A stretch of DNA of 45,110 bases, taken from assembly GCA_021815055.1 (NCBI GenBank), contig JAKAHJ010000001.1, forward strand, positions 1 through 45,110, given 5' to 3'. The position numbers and the translations under genes were made by a program. Origin of the DNA: Pseudomonadota bacterium (GTDB lineage Bacteria; Pseudomonadota; Alphaproteobacteria; Rhizobiales; Xanthobacteraceae). Positions 1 to 11,984 of the stretch are shown here, piece by piece; the stretch's first letter is position 1, and each line of letters begins with the position of its first letter. The notes under the pieces were generated by a model. The model was not told the DNA's origin. It worked only from the letters and a program-made list of their open reading frames with translations, and made no database searches.

Positions 1-1419
<1,419 letters not shown>

Positions 1420-1668
1420 TGTGGTGGTTCCATTCCCGGCCCGGGACATCGGCATGGGTTCGGTCTAAATTCGTCTCGGCCGAGCAATCTCGTTCGGCGA
1501 GACTTGTACCCGAATTCCAGTTCGTAACGCCGCGGTGCGGGCTTATAAGGTCTTTTCGCGGCCGACGCCAGATTTACCGGAACTGTCCTACACGATGCGC
1601 AGAATTTCGTCGTATGCCCTCATCCGCATTGCAGGCCTGCAGACGCCGCGTCAAACGAAAGCAGCGTG

Positions 1669-2277
1669 ATGCGGCTCGCAGCGGATAACCTGGGTTGCAG
1701 CCGCGGCGGGCGCACGGTCTTCACGGGGCTCAGTTTTAGCCTGTCCGGCGGCGAGGCCATGATCGTCACCGGCCGCAATGGCGCCGGAAAATCCTCGCTT
1801 CTGCGCATGATTGCCGGCCTGGTCCATATCGCGGCAGGCCAGATCGAACTCACCGGCGGGGACGCCGAGGCCTCCACCGCCGAGCAGGCGCATTACCTCG
1901 GTCACCACGATGCGTTGAAACCGTCGCTTTCGGTTGGTGAAAACCTCGGTTTCTGGGCCCAATATCTTGGCGGCGACGCCGCCACGGTGGAACCGGCCCT
2001 GGAGGCGGTCGGGCTCGCGCCGCTCTCAGGACTACCGGCAGCCTATCTGTCGGCCGGACAGCGCCGGCGGCTGTCGATTGCCCGTCTCATCGCGGTCAAG
2101 CGGCCGCTCTGGCTCTTGGACGAGCCGACCTCGGCGCTCGACGCGCCGTCGCAGGTTCGGCTGGCCGAATTGATGCGCGTGCATCTCGCAGGCGGCGGCA
2201 TCATCGTGGCGGCGACGCATGGACCGATCGGGCTGGAAGCGCCGCGCCAACTTAGAATAGGGCCGGGGCCGGCATGA
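1669..2277 (+). CDS. ccmA: Heme ABC exporter ATP-binding protein CcmA
   Basis: Walker [18 protein letters not shown] signature, LLDEP; first gene of the ccm operon. Confidence 0.93.
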   Translation: MRLAADNLGCSRGGRTVFTGLSFSLSGGEAMIVTGRNGAGKSSLLRMIAGLVHIAAGQIELTGGDAEASTAEQAHYLGHHDALKPSLSVGENLGFWAQYLGGDAATVEPALEAVGLAPLSGLPAAYLSAGQRRRLSIARLIAVKRPLWLLDEPTSALDAPSQVRLAELMRVHLAGGGIIVAATHGPIGLEAPRQLRIGPGPA

Positions 2278-2942
2278 ACGCGCTCCTGGCCCTCATCAAG
2301 CGCGATATGCGGCTCGCCATGCGCGTGGGCGGCGGCGCAATGATGGGCGCGCTGTTCTTCCTGATCGTCGTCGTCATGATGCCGTTCGCGCTCGGCCCCG
2401 ATCTCAATTTGCTGGCGCGCATCGGTCCGGCGATCCTTTGGCTGGGCGCGCTGCTGGCGAGCCTCTTGGCGCTCGACCGGCTGTTCGCCACCGACCATGA
2501 GGATGGTTCGCTCGACGTGCTGATGATGGGCCCACTGCCGCTTGAAGTCGCGGTCGCCGCCAAGGCCATCGCGCACTGGCTGACCACCGGCCTGCCGCTG
2601 ATCGTGATCTCGCCGGTGCTGGGGCTGATGCTCAATGTCGAATTGCGCGCCATGGGCGTAGTGGCGCTGACCCTGCTCGCCGGCACGCCGGCCTTGACCT
2701 TTATCGGCCTGGTAGGCGCCGCGCTGTCGGTGGCGCTGCGGCGCGGCGGTCTCCTGCTCGCGGTCCTCGTATTGCCGCTGACGATCCCAGTGCTGATTTT
2801 CGGGGTCGCCGCCGCCAATGCCGCCATCGTCGGCCCGGCGCCGTTCGGCCCCCCTTTCACCATTCTTTGCGCGCTATCCTTGGCCTCCCTGGTGCTCGGA
2901 CCGGTGGCCGCCGCCGCGGCACTGCGCCACGGTCTGGAGTGA
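2274..2942 (+). CDS. ccmB: Heme exporter permease CcmB
   Basis: Hydrophobic; [15 protein letters not shown] and [11 protein letters not shown] motifs; ATGA overlap with ccmA. Confidence 0.93.
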   Translation: MNALLALIKRDMRLAMRVGGGAMMGALFFLIVVVMMPFALGPDLNLLARIGPAILWLGALLASLLALDRLFATDHEDGSLDVLMMGPLPLEVAVAAKAIAHWLTTGLPLIVISPVLGLMLNVELRAMGVVALTLLAGTPALTFIGLVGAALSVALRRGGLLLAVLVLPLTIPVLIFGVAAANAAIVGPAPFGPPFTILCALSLASLVLGPVAAAAALRHGLE

Positions 2943-2984
2943 TGTTGTTGCCCGCAACCGCCGGTACGACTAAATAGCCTGCAA

Positions 2985-3725
2985 ATGGCCGTCATCGACC
3001 TCGCAAACCCAACGCGGTTTCTGAATCTCGTCAATCGCGTGCTGCCGTGGCTCACGGCGGCGACCGTGCTGCTGTTCGCATTCGGCCTCGCCCGCGCCAT
3101 GAACGCACCGGACGACTACCAGCAGGGCGCCACCGTCAAGATCATGTTCCTGCATGTGCCGGCCGCCTGGCTCGGCATGATGGGCTGGGGTGTGATGAGC
3201 GCCGCCGCGCTCGGCACGCTGGTGTGGCGGCACCCGCTCGCGGATGTCGCCGGCAAAGCGGCCGCGCCGATCGGCGCCGCCTTCACCTTCATCTGCCTCG
3301 TTACCGGTTCGCTCTGGGGCCGGCCGACCTGGGGCACCTATTGGGTGTGGGACGCCCGGCTGACCTCGATGCTGGTCCTGTTCCTGCTCTATCTCGGCGT
3401 GATGGCGCTCTATTGGACCGCCGAGGACCCCGGCCGCGGCTCGCGCGCCGCCGCCATCCTGTCGCTGGTCGGCGCCGTGAACCTGCCGATCATCAAGTTC
3501 TCGGTCGACTGGTGGAACACGCTGCACCAGCCGGCATCGGTGTTCCGCATGGGCGGTTCGACCATAGATCCTTCGATCCTGACGCCGCTATTGATCATGG
3601 CCGTCGCTTTCACCCTGCTGTTCTTCACGCTGCATCTGGCCGCCATGCGTAACGAGATCCTGCGCCGGCGCGTGCGCAGCATGCGGCTGATGCAGGCGCA
3701 GGAACTCGCGGAGGCCGGCGCATGA
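2985..3725 (+). CDS. ccmC: Heme exporter protein CcmC
   Basis: WWD-type motif [30 protein letters not shown]. Confidence 0.95.
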   Translation: MAVIDLANPTRFLNLVNRVLPWLTAATVLLFAFGLARAMNAPDDYQQGATVKIMFLHVPAAWLGMMGWGVMSAAALGTLVWRHPLADVAGKAAAPIGAAFTFICLVTGSLWGRPTWGTYWVWDARLTSMLVLFLLYLGVMALYWTAEDPGRGSRAAAILSLVGAVNLPIIKFSVDWWNTLHQPASVFRMGGSTIDPSILTPLLIMAVAFTLLFFTLHLAAMRNEILRRRVRSMRLMQAQELAEAGA

Positions 3726-3898
3726 TCCCGAGCCTGGGCCCGCACGCCGATTTCATCGTCGCGTCTTACGCCGTGACAGCCTTCGTGGTCGCCGCGCTGA
3801 TCGCCTGGGTCGTGCTCGATTACTCCGCACAGCGGCGCATCCTCGGCGATCTCGAGGATCGCGGCGTCACGCGGCGTTCGCGGCGGATGAAGGACTAG
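3722..3898 (+). CDS. ccmD: Heme exporter protein CcmD (58 aa)
   Basis: Manually translated: [58 protein letters not shown]; one TM segment plus basic tail, ATGA overlap with ccmC. Confidence 0.85.
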   Translation: MIPSLGPHADFIVASYAVTAFVVAALIAWVVLDYSAQRRILGDLEDRGVTRRSRRMKD

Positions 3899-4023
3899 AG
3901 CATTTTACGATGAGATCGAATCAGTTCCGTCATTGCGAGGAGCCCTGAAAGGGCGACGAAGCAATCCAGTGTCGAGCATTCGGCTTCTGGATTGCTTCGT
4001 CGCTTTCGCTCCTCGCAATGACG
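3895..4023. repeat. Palindromic element family A, copy A1 (core 3928-4023 plus CTAG-ended arm)
   Basis: CTAGAGCATTTTACGATGAGATCGAATCAGTTC-CGTCATTGCGAGGAGCCCTGAAAGGGCGACGAAGCAATCCAG...CTGGATTGCTTC...CTCGCAATGACG. Confidence 0.9.
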
Positions 4024-4059
4024 ACAGTGTTACCGATCTATAATTCCGGGTACCGAACG

Positions 4060-4653
4060 ATGAGTGAAACCACCGGCGCAGGCCCTGCTCCCAAGCGGCG
4101 CAATTGGTTCGTGCTGCTGCCGCTGGTCGTGTTTCTCGCCCTGGCCGGATTGTTCCTCTACCGGCTCGGCAGCGGCGACCCCTCGCTTATTCCCTCGGCG
4201 CTGATCGGCCGTCCCATACCCAAGACCGATCTGCCGCCACTCGAAGGCCTCACCCGCGACGGCAAGCCGGTGCCCGGCCTGAACAACGAGATTTTCAAGG
4301 GGGCGGTGACGGTCGTGAATGTGTGGGCGTCTTGGTGCGTCCCCTGCCGTGACGAAGTGCCGTTCCTGGAGCAACTGTCGAAGGACAAGCGCATCCAATT
4401 GGTCGGCATCAATTACAAGGATTCGCCCGGCAATGCGCGGCGCTTCCTCAACGGCAACGGCAATCCCTTCATCGCTAACGGCGTCGACCGCAACGGCCGC
4501 GCCTCGATCGACTGGGGCGTCTATGGCGTGCCGGAGACGTTCCTGGTCGGACGCGACGGCAAGATCGCCTACAAGCTGGTGGGGCCGATCACGGCCGATA
4601 ATCTGCAAAGCAAGCTGATGCCGGAAATCGAGAAGGCGATGGCCCGGCCCTGA
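4060..4653 (+). CDS. ccmG: Thiol:disulfide interchange protein CcmG/DsbE
   Basis: N-terminal TM segment, WASWCVPC (CXXC), GVYGVPETF; the ORF-track start at 4018 lies inside the repeat. Confidence 0.92.
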   Translation: MSETTGAGPAPKRRNWFVLLPLVVFLALAGLFLYRLGSGDPSLIPSALIGRPIPKTDLPPLEGLTRDGKPVPGLNNEIFKGAVTVVNVWASWCVPCRDEVPFLEQLSKDKRIQLVGINYKDSPGNARRFLNGNGNPFIANGVDRNGRASIDWGVYGVPETFLVGRDGKIAYKLVGPITADNLQSKLMPEIEKAMARP

Positions 4654-4654
4654 G

Positions 4655-4749
4655 CGTCATCATCCGCGAAAGCGGATGATCCAGTAACCGCCGACATCAA
4701 TCGAATGCGAGGCTGCGGCGTACTGGATGCCCGCCTTCGCGGGCATGAC
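4655..4749. repeat. CGTC-type palindromic element family E between convergent genes
   Basis: CGTCATCATCCGCGAAAGCGGATGATCCAGTA...TACTGGATGCCCGCCTTCGCGGGCATGAC: two hairpins plus outer inverted repeat. Confidence 0.8.
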
Positions 4750-4753
4750 AGCA

Positions 4754-5314
4754 TCATTGCTTGTTGGCCCGATACTTCATCAACAGCGGATACTGCAGCG
4801 CGCCGAAAATGAAGGTCAGCGGCACCACGCCGAACAGTTTGAAGCTGACCCAGAAATCGGTCGAGAAATTGCGCCAGACGATTTCGTTGAGGATCGCCAG
4901 CGCGAAGAAGAACAGCGCCCAGCGCCAGGTGAGCTTGCGCCAGCCTTCCTCGGTGAGGTCGAACACCGAATCGAACAGCATCCCGAGCAGCGGCTTGCCG
5001 AACATGAGACCGCCGACCAGCGTGCCGCCGAACAAGACGTAGATGATGGTCGGCTTGAGCTTGATGAACAGTTCGTCGTGCAGCGCCAGCGTGAGCCCGC
5101 CGAAGATGAAGACGACCACCGCGGTGACCAGCGGCATCACTTCGATGCGCTTGGTCAGCGCATAGGCGACGGCGAGCGCGGCCAGCACCGCCACCATGAA
5201 ACCGCCGGTGGCGGCATAGATGCCGAATTTCGCATTGGCGGCGAAGAACAGCACCAGCGGCCCGATGTCGAGCACGAGCTTGAGGGTGGGATTGAGTTTT
5301 TTCGTTTCGGACAT
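4754..5314 (-). CDS. yciB: Inner membrane protein YciB (septation protein A / IspZ)
   Basis: FIKLKPTIIY, W..LT.RWALFF and WVSFKLFG motifs; alternative start at 5326. Confidence 0.9.
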   Translation of the reverse strand: MSETKKLNPTLKLVLDIGPLVLFFAANAKFGIYAATGGFMVAVLAALAVAYALTKRIEVMPLVTAVVVFIFGGLTLALHDELFIKLKPTIIYVLFGGTLVGGLMFGKPLLGMLFDSVFDLTEEGWRKLTWRWALFFFALAILNEIVWRNFSTDFWVSFKLFGVVPLTFIFGALQYPLLMKYRANKQ

Positions 5315-5363
5315 GGTGTCTTTCATTTTGGCGACATTTCACGGGTTCGTGTCCCGGACCCAC

Positions 5364-6293
5364 TCATTCCAGCCCCACCACCGCCCGCGCGAAGTCGCGC
5401 GCGGTGAAAGGCGCGAGGTCGTCGACGCCTTCGCCGACGCCGATGAAATGCACCGGCAGCGCGAACTTGGACGCAATCGCGACGAGAATACCGCCGCGCG
5501 CGGTGCCGTCGAGCTTGGTCATCACCAGGCCGGTGACACCGGCGATCTTGCCGAAAATCTCTACCTGGCTGAGCGCGTTCTGCCCGACGGTGGCATCGAG
5601 CACCAAGAGCACGGCATGCGGCGCCGCCGGTTCCACCTTGCGCATCACGCGCACGATCTTTTCCAATTCGCTCATCAGCTCGGCGCGGTTCTGCAGGCGG
5701 CCGGCGGTATCGACCAGCACCACGTCCGCGCCTTGCGCCTTGGCGGCGGCAATGCCGTCGAAGGCCAAGCCCGCCGCATCGGCGCCCGGCTCGCGCGCGA
5801 CGATGACGGCACTCGTGCGCTCGGCCCAGATTTTGAGCTGATCGATGGCCGCGGCGCGGAAGGTGTCGCCCGCGACCAGCATTACGCTCTTGCCTTCGGC
5901 GCGGAATCGGGCCGCAAGCTTACCGATGGTGGTGGTCTTGCCGGAACCGTTGACGCCGGCGACCAGGATGACGAAAGGTTTCGCTGTGATCTCGAGAGGC
6001 GTCGCCACCGGCGCCATGACCTTCTCGATCTCGCCGGCGAGCAGCGTTTGCAGTTCCTCCGGCGCGATGCCCTTCTCGTAACGGCCCTGGCGCAGCGCGG
6101 CGATGGTGCGATCGGCGATGTCGACGCCGAAATCGGCGCGGATCAGTTCGTTTTCCAGTTCCTCCAGCGTCGAGGCGTCGAGCTTGCGCTTGGTGACGAG
6201 GCTCGTGATGGCGGAACCGAGCTGCGAGGATGTGCGCTTGAGGCCGGTGCTCAGGCGCTTCCACCAACTCGTTTTCTGTGTCGTCTCGTCCAT
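5364..6293 (-). CDS. ftsY: Signal recognition particle receptor FtsY
   Basis: GVNGSGKTTTIGK, DTFRAAA, DTAGRLQN, TKLDGTARGG; start placed at MDETTQK. Confidence 0.95.
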   Translation of the reverse strand: MDETTQKTSWWKRLSTGLKRTSSQLGSAITSLVTKRKLDASTLEELENELIRADFGVDIADRTIAALRQGRYEKGIAPEELQTLLAGEIEKVMAPVATPLEITAKPFVILVAGVNGSGKTTTIGKLAARFRAEGKSVMLVAGDTFRAAAIDQLKIWAERTSAVIVAREPGADAAGLAFDGIAAAKAQGADVVLVDTAGRLQNRAELMSELEKIVRVMRKVEPAAPHAVLLVLDATVGQNALSQVEIFGKIAGVTGLVMTKLDGTARGGILVAIASKFALPVHFIGVGEGVDDLAPFTARDFARAVVGLE

Positions 6294-6350
6294 GATAGGT
6301 CCTTGGGCCGCGCCCCTGATACCCGCTTCGGCGCTATTTGGTAACTGATA

Positions 6351-7178
6351 ATGACTCCGGAAGAGATGCTCGCCCGCTTGCTCTACCGCGACGGGCTGAT
6401 GCTGGTGATCGACAAGCCGCCCGGCATGCCGGTGCATCGCGGGCCGAAGGGCGTGGAAGCCTTCGAGGACTATTTCGACGCGCTACGCTTCGGCCTGCCG
6501 CGCGCGCCGGCGCTCGCCCACCGGCTCGACCGCGATACCACCGGCTGCCTGGTGCTCGGCCGCCACCGCAAGGCGCTCGCGCTCCTCGGCAAGCTGTTCA
6601 AGCAGGGCAAGGTCGGCAAGACCTATTGGGCGGTGGTCGAAGGCGGCCCGGCCGAAGACGAGGGCCGCATCGACATTGCGCTCTCCAAGCGCGACGACAG
6701 CCGCGGCTGGTGGATGAAGGCCGACCCGCACGGCATGCCGTCGGCGACGACGTGGAGGGTGATGGGGCGCTTTCTTCATCCCTCCCCCGAAGGGGGAGGG
6801 TCGCCCGCCGAAGCGCAAGCGAGGACGGGCGGGGTGGGGGATGGTTCAATGAATGCCCTCAAGGTAACCCCACCCGGCGCCTTCGGCGCCACCCTCCCCT
6901 TTCAGGAGAGGGATAAACACCTCACCTGGCTCACGCTCTCGCCGCTCACCGGCCGCACGCATCAACTGCGCGTGCACTGCGCCGAGATGGGCTTCCCCAT
7001 CGTCGGCGATACGATTTACGGCAACGCACCCCGCACCGGCGGCCCGGTGCTGCATCTGCACGCGCGCGAAATCGTTGTGCCGATTTCCAAGAACAAGCCG
7101 CCGGTGACGGTCATCGCACCGGTGCCGCCGCATATGCGGAAGTTGCTGAGTGCGTGTGGATGGACGGACGACGATTAG
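6351..7178 (+). CDS. RluA-family RNA pseudouridine synthase carrying an in-frame insertion of about 46 aa
   Basis: DKPPG, HRLDRDTTG (catalytic Asp), TGRTHQLRVH, PIVGD.IYG, LHLHA. Confidence 0.9.
   Translation: MTPEEMLARLLYRDGLMLVIDKPPGMPVHRGPKGVEAFEDYFDALRFGLPRAPALAHRLDRDTTGCLVLGRHRKALALLGKLFKQGKVGKTYWAVVEGGPAEDEGRIDIALSKRDDSRGWWMKADPHGMPSATTWRVMGRFLHPSPEGGGSPAEAQARTGGVGDGSMNALKVTPPGAFGATLPFQERDKHLTWLTLSPLTGRTHQLRVHCAEMGFPIVGDTIYGNAPRTGGPVLHLHAREIVVPISKNKPPVTVIAPVPPHMRKLLSACGWTDDD
6778..6914. repeat. Palindromic element family F inside the coding sequence
   Basis: ATCCCTCCCCCGAAGGGGGAGGG...ACCCTCCCCTTTCAGGAGAGGGAT; left half closely matches the non-coding copy at 31600-31650. Confidence 0.85.
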
Positions 7179-7179
7179 A

Positions 7180-7285
7180 CCTCATCCTTCGAGACGCCGC
7201 CACGCAAGTCGGCTATAGCCGATTTGCTCGCTTAACGCGACCGATGTCGGGCAAACTCGACATCGGTTGGCGGCTCAGGATGAGG
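7180..7285. repeat. Palindromic element family B with a nested double hairpin
   Basis: CCTCATCCTTCGAGACG...CTCAGGATGAGG enclosing GCAAGTCGGCTATAGCCGATTTGC and ACCGATGTCGGGCAAACTCGACATCGGT. Confidence 0.75.
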
Positions 7286-7360
7286 GCGGCGGGCGCGCCT
7301 TGACTCCGCCTCTCCCTCTCCCTAGTTTCCGCCCGTTCTCGATAGAGACGTGAAATTCAG

Positions 7361-7428
7361 CACCCGCCGACCGGTCCTGCGAGACCGGAGGCAACCGCCC
7401 GACAGCGCGATGCGCCCTCGGGCGCGTT
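7361..7428 (+). ncRNA. Probable ffh leader RNA motif (alphaproteobacterial)
   Basis: Hairpins CCGGTC-CTGCGA-GACCGG and CGCCCGACAGCGCGATGCGCCCTCGGGCG upstream of ffh; resembles, from memory, the conserved ffh 5' motif; covariance search not run. Confidence 0.45.
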
Positions 7429-7442
7429 TGTGTTTTCTCAGG

Positions 7443-7549
7443 CCTCATCCTGAGGAGCCCGCGGCATGCGGGCGTCTCGAAGGATGGGGCCGTAACCCGA
7501 GGGGCTTCGTCCTTCGAGACGCGGGCTTCGCCCGCTCCTCAGGACGAGG
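7443..7549. repeat. Palindromic element family B
   Basis: CCTCATCCTGAGGAG...GTCTCGAAGGATG...CCTTCGAGACG...CTCCTCAGGACGAGG; matches 42033-42129. Confidence 0.88.
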
Positions 7550-7556
7550 TTGCGAA

Positions 7557-9104
7557 ATGTTCGACTCACTGTCGGAAAAGCTGAACGGCATTCTCGACCG
7601 CCTCACCCGCCGCGGCGCGCTGAGCGAGGCTGACGTCGACGCCGCGTTGCGCGAAGTGCGCCGCGCTCTGCTCGAGGCCGACGTCGCGCTCGACGTGGCG
7701 CGCTCGTTCACCGACAAGGTGAAGAGCCAGGCGGTCGGCGTCGAAGTCGTGAAGTCGGTCACGCCCGGCCAGATGGTCGTGAAGATCGTGCACGACCAGC
7801 TCATTGCCACGCTCGGCGCCGACAGCCAGCCGATCGACCTCAACGCCGCACCGCCGGTCCCGATCATGATGGTCGGCCTGCAGGGCTCCGGCAAAACCAC
7901 CACTACCGCCAAGCTCGCCAAGCGGCTCACCGAGCGCCAGAAGCGCAAGGTGCTGATGGCCTCGCTGGACGTGCGCCGCCCGGCCGCCATGGAGCAGCTC
8001 GCCGTGCTCGGCCGCGACGTCGAGGTGGATACGCTGCCCATCGTCGCCGGCCAGACGCCGCTGCAGATCGCGCGCCGCGCCATGGATGCCGGCAGACTCG
8101 GCGGCTATGACGTGGTTCTGCTCGACACCGCCGGCCGCACCACGCTCGACGACGCGATGATGGCCGAGGCGGCGGAAGTCAAGAACGCCGTCAATCCGCA
8201 CGAAGTGCTGCTGGTCGCCGACGCGCTGACCGGCCAGGACGCGGTCAATCTCGCGCGCGCTTTCGACGAGCGCGTGGGCTTGACCGGCATCGCGCTCACC
8301 CGCGTCGACGGCGATGGCCGCGGCGGCGCCGCGCTCTCCATGCGCGCGGTCACCGACAAGCCGATCAAGCTGATCGGCGTGGGCGAGAAGATGGACGCGC
8401 TGGAGGACTTCGACCCCGCGCGCATCGCCGGCCGCATCCTCGGCATGGGCGACATCGTCGCGCTGGTCGAGAAAGCCGCCACCACCATCGACGCCGAAAA
8501 GGCAATGCGCGCGGCCGAGAAGATGCGCAAGGGCGCCTTCGATCTCGGCGATCTGCGCGAGCAGCTCAATCAGATGCAGGCCATGGGCGGCATGGGCAGC
8601 CTGCTCGGCATGATGCCGGGCGTCGCCAAAATGAAAAACCAGATCGCCGCCGCCGGTCTCGACGACAGACTGTTGAAGCGGCAGATCGCCATCATCGACT
8701 CGATGACGCCGCAGGAACGGCGCAACCCGGACATCCTGAAAGCCAGCCGCAAGAAGCGCATCGCTGCCGGCTCCGGCACCTCGCCGGAAGCGATCAACAA
8801 GCTTTTGAAAATGCATCGCGGCATGGCCGACATGATGAAGGCCATGGGCTCGGGCAAACGCGGACCGCTCGCCGGCCTCGGCCAGATGCTGGGTTTCGGT
8901 TCCGGCGCGCCGTCGCCCGAACAGATGGCCGAGCTCGCCAAGAAGCTGCCGCCGGGCACGCTGCCGCCCGGTATGCCGGGAGCGGGCGGCCTGCCGCCGA
9001 CCATGCCGGCATTGCCGAAAGGCCTGCCACCGAATTTCCCCGGCCTGCCGGGCGGAAAAATTCCCGGACTGCCGGGCCTGCCCGGTTTCGGAAAAAAGAA
9101 ATGA
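7557..9104 (+). CDS. ffh: Signal recognition particle protein Ffh
   Basis: MFDSLSEKL start, [30 protein letters not shown]; Pro/Gly-rich tail. Confidence 0.96.
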   Translation: MFDSLSEKLNGILDRLTRRGALSEADVDAALREVRRALLEADVALDVARSFTDKVKSQAVGVEVVKSVTPGQMVVKIVHDQLIATLGADSQPIDLNAAPPVPIMMVGLQGSGKTTTTAKLAKRLTERQKRKVLMASLDVRRPAAMEQLAVLGRDVEVDTLPIVAGQTPLQIARRAMDAGRLGGYDVVLLDTAGRTTLDDAMMAEAAEVKNAVNPHEVLLVADALTGQDAVNLARAFDERVGLTGIALTRVDGDGRGGAALSMRAVTDKPIKLIGVGEKMDALEDFDPARIAGRILGMGDIVALVEKAATTIDAEKAMRAAEKMRKGAFDLGDLREQLNQMQAMGGMGSLLGMMPGVAKMKNQIAAAGLDDRLLKRQIAIIDSMTPQERRNPDILKASRKKRIAAGSGTSPEAINKLLKMHRGMADMMKAMGSGKRGPLAGLGQMLGFGSGAPSPEQMAELAKKLPPGTLPPGMPGAGGLPPTMPALPKGLPPNFPGLPGGKIPGLPGLPGFGKKK

Positions 9105-9144
9105 ACCAACTCGACACTACGATTTAGCTGAAAGGAAAACCGAA

Positions 9145-9492
9145 ATGTCTCTCGTCATCCGTCTGGCCCGTGCGGGCACCAAGAAGCGGCCGGTCTATCA
9201 CATCGTCGTCGCCGACTCGCGCGCGCCCCGCGACGGCCGCTTCATCGAGCGGCTCGGCTATTTCAATCCGCTGCTGCCGAAGGAAAAGACCGAACGGCTG
9301 AAGTTCGATCTGGAAAAGGCGCAGGCCTGGATGAAAAAGGGCGCGCAGCCGTCCGACCGCGTGATGCGCTTCCTCGATGCCGCCGGTGTCGCCAAGCGCT
9401 CGCCGCGCAGCAATCCGGAAAAGGCCGTGCCGCGCAAGGAACGCAAGGCCAAGGCCGAGGAAGCCGCCAAAGCTCCCGCGCCGGCGGCCTAA
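9145..9492 (+). CDS. rpsP: 30S ribosomal protein S16
   Basis: [31 protein letters not shown]; AAGGA RBS. Confidence 0.97.
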   Translation: MSLVIRLARAGTKKRPVYHIVVADSRAPRDGRFIERLGYFNPLLPKEKTERLKFDLEKAQAWMKKGAQPSDRVMRFLDAAGVAKRSPRSNPEKAVPRKERKAKAEEAAKAPAPAA

Positions 9493-9546
9493 CGGCCGAC
9501 ATTTCATGGCGCTTAGGCCGAAGGACAAGCGCAAATCACGCCCCCG

Positions 9547-9652
9547 GTCATTCCGGGGCGCGCCCGAAGGGCGCGAACCCGGAATCCAGAAACAGCTTCG
9601 GAAATCGCCCCTGGATTCCGGGCCCGGCGCTGCCGCGCCGTCCCGGAATGAC
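9547..9652. repeat. Palindromic element family D
   Basis: GTCATTCCGGGGCGCG...CCCGGAATCCAG...CTGGATTCCGGG...CCCGGAATGAC; same architecture as family A. Confidence 0.8.
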
Positions 9653-9655
9653 GCC

Positions 9656-10174
9656 ATGTGTGCAGGCGCGTCGGACAAAATCCGCGTCGCCCGCATCGGG
9701 GCGGCGCATGGCGTGCGCGGCGAGGTGAAGCTGTGGTCGTTCACGGAGGACCCGCTGGCGGTTGCCAACTACGGCGCGCTGGAAACCGCCGACGGCGCAA
9801 GGCGCTTCGACATCGAGAGCCTGCGCCCGGCCAGGGATTTCCTGGTCGCCCGCCTCAAGGGCGTCGACGACCGCAATGCTGCGGAAATGCTGCGCAACAC
9901 GGAACTGTTCGTGCCGCGCAAGCGCCTGCCGGAAATCGACGAAGAGGGTACCTTTTATCACAGCGACCTCGTCGGCCTCGCGGCGGTGACGCCGGAGGGC
10001 GCGGAGATCGGCAAGGTCGTCGCGGTCCATAATTTCGGCGCCGGCGACCTGATCGAGATCGCGCCGGCCGGCGGCGGCGCGAGTTTCATGCTGCCTTTCA
10101 CCGAGACGGTCGTGCCCGAGGTGGATTTGCAGGAGCGGCGCATGATGGTCGTGCTGCCGGCGGAAAGCGAATAG
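9656..10174 (+). CDS. rimM: 16S rRNA processing protein RimM (alternative in-frame start at 9506)
   Basis: [31 protein letters not shown]; lies between rpsP and trmD. Confidence 0.9.
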   Translation: MCAGASDKIRVARIGAAHGVRGEVKLWSFTEDPLAVANYGALETADGARRFDIESLRPARDFLVARLKGVDDRNAAEMLRNTELFVPRKRLPEIDEEGTFYHSDLVGLAAVTPEGAEIGKVVAVHNFGAGDLIEIAPAGGGASFMLPFTETVVPEVDLQERRMMVVLPAESE

Positions 10175-10176
10175 CC

Positions 10177-10878
10177 ATGTGGCGCGCGTCGGTGCTGACC
10201 ATCTTCCCGGAAATGTTTCCCGGACCGCTGGGCGCGAGCCTCGCCGGTAAGGCGCTGCATTCGGGCATCTGGTCGCTCGATACCCACGACATCCGCAACG
10301 CCGCCACCGACAAACACCGCACCGTCGACGACACTCCGGCCGGCGGCGGACCCGGCATGGTGATGAAAGCGGACGTGCTCGCCCGCGCGCTCGACGCGCT
10401 CCCACACGATACCCGCCCGCGCCTCTTGATGAGCCCGCGCGGCGCCCCGCTCAGCCAAGCCCGCGTGGCGGAACTCGCGCACGGCCTCGGCGTCGTCATC
10501 CTGTGCGCCCGCTTTGAGGGCGTCGACGACCGGCTGATCAAGGCCCGCGCCCTGGAAGAGGTCTCGCTCGGCGATTTCGTGCTGTCGGGCGGCGAGATCC
10601 CGGCGCTGGCGCTGCTGGACGCCTGCGTTCGCCTCCTGCCCGGTGTCATGGGCAAAGAGACCTCCGGCGTCGAGGAGAGCTTCGCCGACGGCTTGCTGGA
10701 GTATCCGCAATACACCCGGCCGCCCGTTTTCGAGGGCGAACCGATCCCCGAAGTGCTGGTATCGGGCGACCATGCCAAGGTCGCTGCCTGGCGGCGGGCC
10801 GAAGCCGAGCGCCTCACGCGCGAGCGGCGGCCCGACTTGTGGGCCGCCTACAGCGCCCGCAAGCCGGGCCAAAGATGA
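10177..10878 (+). CDS. trmD: tRNA (guanine-N1)-methyltransferase
   Basis: [35 protein letters not shown]. Confidence 0.96.
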   Translation: MWRASVLTIFPEMFPGPLGASLAGKALHSGIWSLDTHDIRNAATDKHRTVDDTPAGGGPGMVMKADVLARALDALPHDTRPRLLMSPRGAPLSQARVAELAHGLGVVILCARFEGVDDRLIKARALEEVSLGDFVLSGGEIPALALLDACVRLLPGVMGKETSGVEESFADGLLEYPQYTRPPVFEGEPIPEVLVSGDHAKVAAWRRAEAERLTRERRPDLWAAYSARKPGQR

Positions 10879-10884
10879 GAGCCC

Positions 10885-11331
10885 TTAGTCCTTCAAATTA
10901 TAGGTGAAATTGTCGGCATCCTCGGTGTCGACTTCGAGGAACTGCTTGCTGATCTGGCCGCCGGATTCGCAGTCGATCTCGCCCTTGGTCTCGTACTCGC
11001 GGTTGTGGAAGGTGAATTTGGCCTTCCCGATGCAGAAATAGCCGCCCTTCTGTTCGCCCTTGCGCGCCTGCCAGACTCCGTCGCCGCCGGTCGCGTAGAC
11101 GTAATAATAGCGCTGATTCAGCTTGCCGGTGATGATGTTGTGGCATTCATCGCTCTCGATTTGCCACCAGCCCTCCGATGTCCAGCCGTAATCGCCACTC
11201 TTATAGCCGATCGCGACGCTGATTTTCTGGTCGGAACGGTTGCAGACCTTGAATCCGGCCACGGCATTACCGGCGGTCAGCAAGAGACCCGCGGCGAGCA
11301 CGGCGCCGCCGCTCAAAACACGCTTGATCAT
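10885..11331 (-). CDS. Secreted DUF1036-like protein
   Basis: Signal peptide; F.VCN, W.SEGWW, YYYVYA and Cys pattern typical of DUF1036. Confidence 0.7.
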   Translation of the reverse strand: MIKRVLSGGAVLAAGLLLTAGNAVAGFKVCNRSDQKISVAIGYKSGDYGWTSEGWWQIESDECHNIITGKLNQRYYYVYATGGDGVWQARKGEQKGGYFCIGKAKFTFHNREYETKGEIDCESGGQISKQFLEVDTEDADNFTYNLKD

Positions 11332-11555
11332 AGTAAATTACCCCCCTTCACCCATTTCTGGTGTCGGTTCTGCCTTTATCATGCCGTGGTGGACTTCAAA
11401 ATGCGGTCTGAGGGCGCAGTCGCCCCCGGAGGCCTGGTCTTGCGAAAAGCGCATGACAAACCGCGCCGTTTAGGCTAGAAGCCCGCCCGACCCATTCAGA
11501 CCCGACCCTAGGAACCGCGCGCCGGTTGCTGGCGCTGCCGACGGAGATTTAACCC

Positions 11556-11957
11556 ATGGACCTCATTCAGACGCTCGAAAAAGAGCAGATGGCCAAGCTG
11601 TCGGCCGGCAAGGACATCCCGGATTTCGGGCCCGGCGACACCGTGCTCGTCAATGTGAAGGTGATCGAAGGCGACAAGAGCCGCGTGCAGGCTTATGAGG
11701 GCGTTTGCATCGGCCGTGCGGGCGGCGGCCTGCACGAGAACTTCACGGTCCGCAAGATTTCCTACGGCGAAGGCGTCGAGCGCGTGTTTCCGCTCTACTC
11801 GCCGATGATCGACTCGATCAAGGTCGTGCGCCGCGGCAAGGTGCGCCGCGCCAAGCTCTATTATCTGCGCGGGTTGCGCGGCAAGAAGGCCCGTATCGCC
11901 GAAGCGAGCGGAGCGCACGGCGCGGAGGCGGCCGAGGCAGGCGCTGCGAAGGCGTAG
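11556..11957 (+). CDS. rplS: 50S ribosomal protein L19
   Basis: [29 protein letters not shown]. Confidence 0.97.
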   Translation: MDLIQTLEKEQMAKLSAGKDIPDFGPGDTVLVNVKVIEGDKSRVQAYEGVCIGRAGGGLHENFTVRKISYGEGVERVFPLYSPMIDSIKVVRRGKVRRAKLYYLRGLRGKKARIAEASGAHGAEAAEAGAAKA

Positions 11958-11984
11958 CACCCAGTTTCGCAACTGACCGATCGC

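Noticed and set aside
4018-4044. Hybrid promoter for ccmG from the repeat end (ATGACG) plus TATAAT
   Set aside because: The -35 is imperfect and the spacer is only 15 nt; too weak to call.
7350-7556. N-terminal extension of Ffh in the ORF track
   Set aside because: It runs through the leader and a repeat; the canonical start MFDSL at 7557 has an RBS.
8930-9104. Pro/Gly-rich LPG repeats at the Ffh C-terminus
   Set aside because: Low-complexity tails are common in rhizobial Ffh; not unusual.
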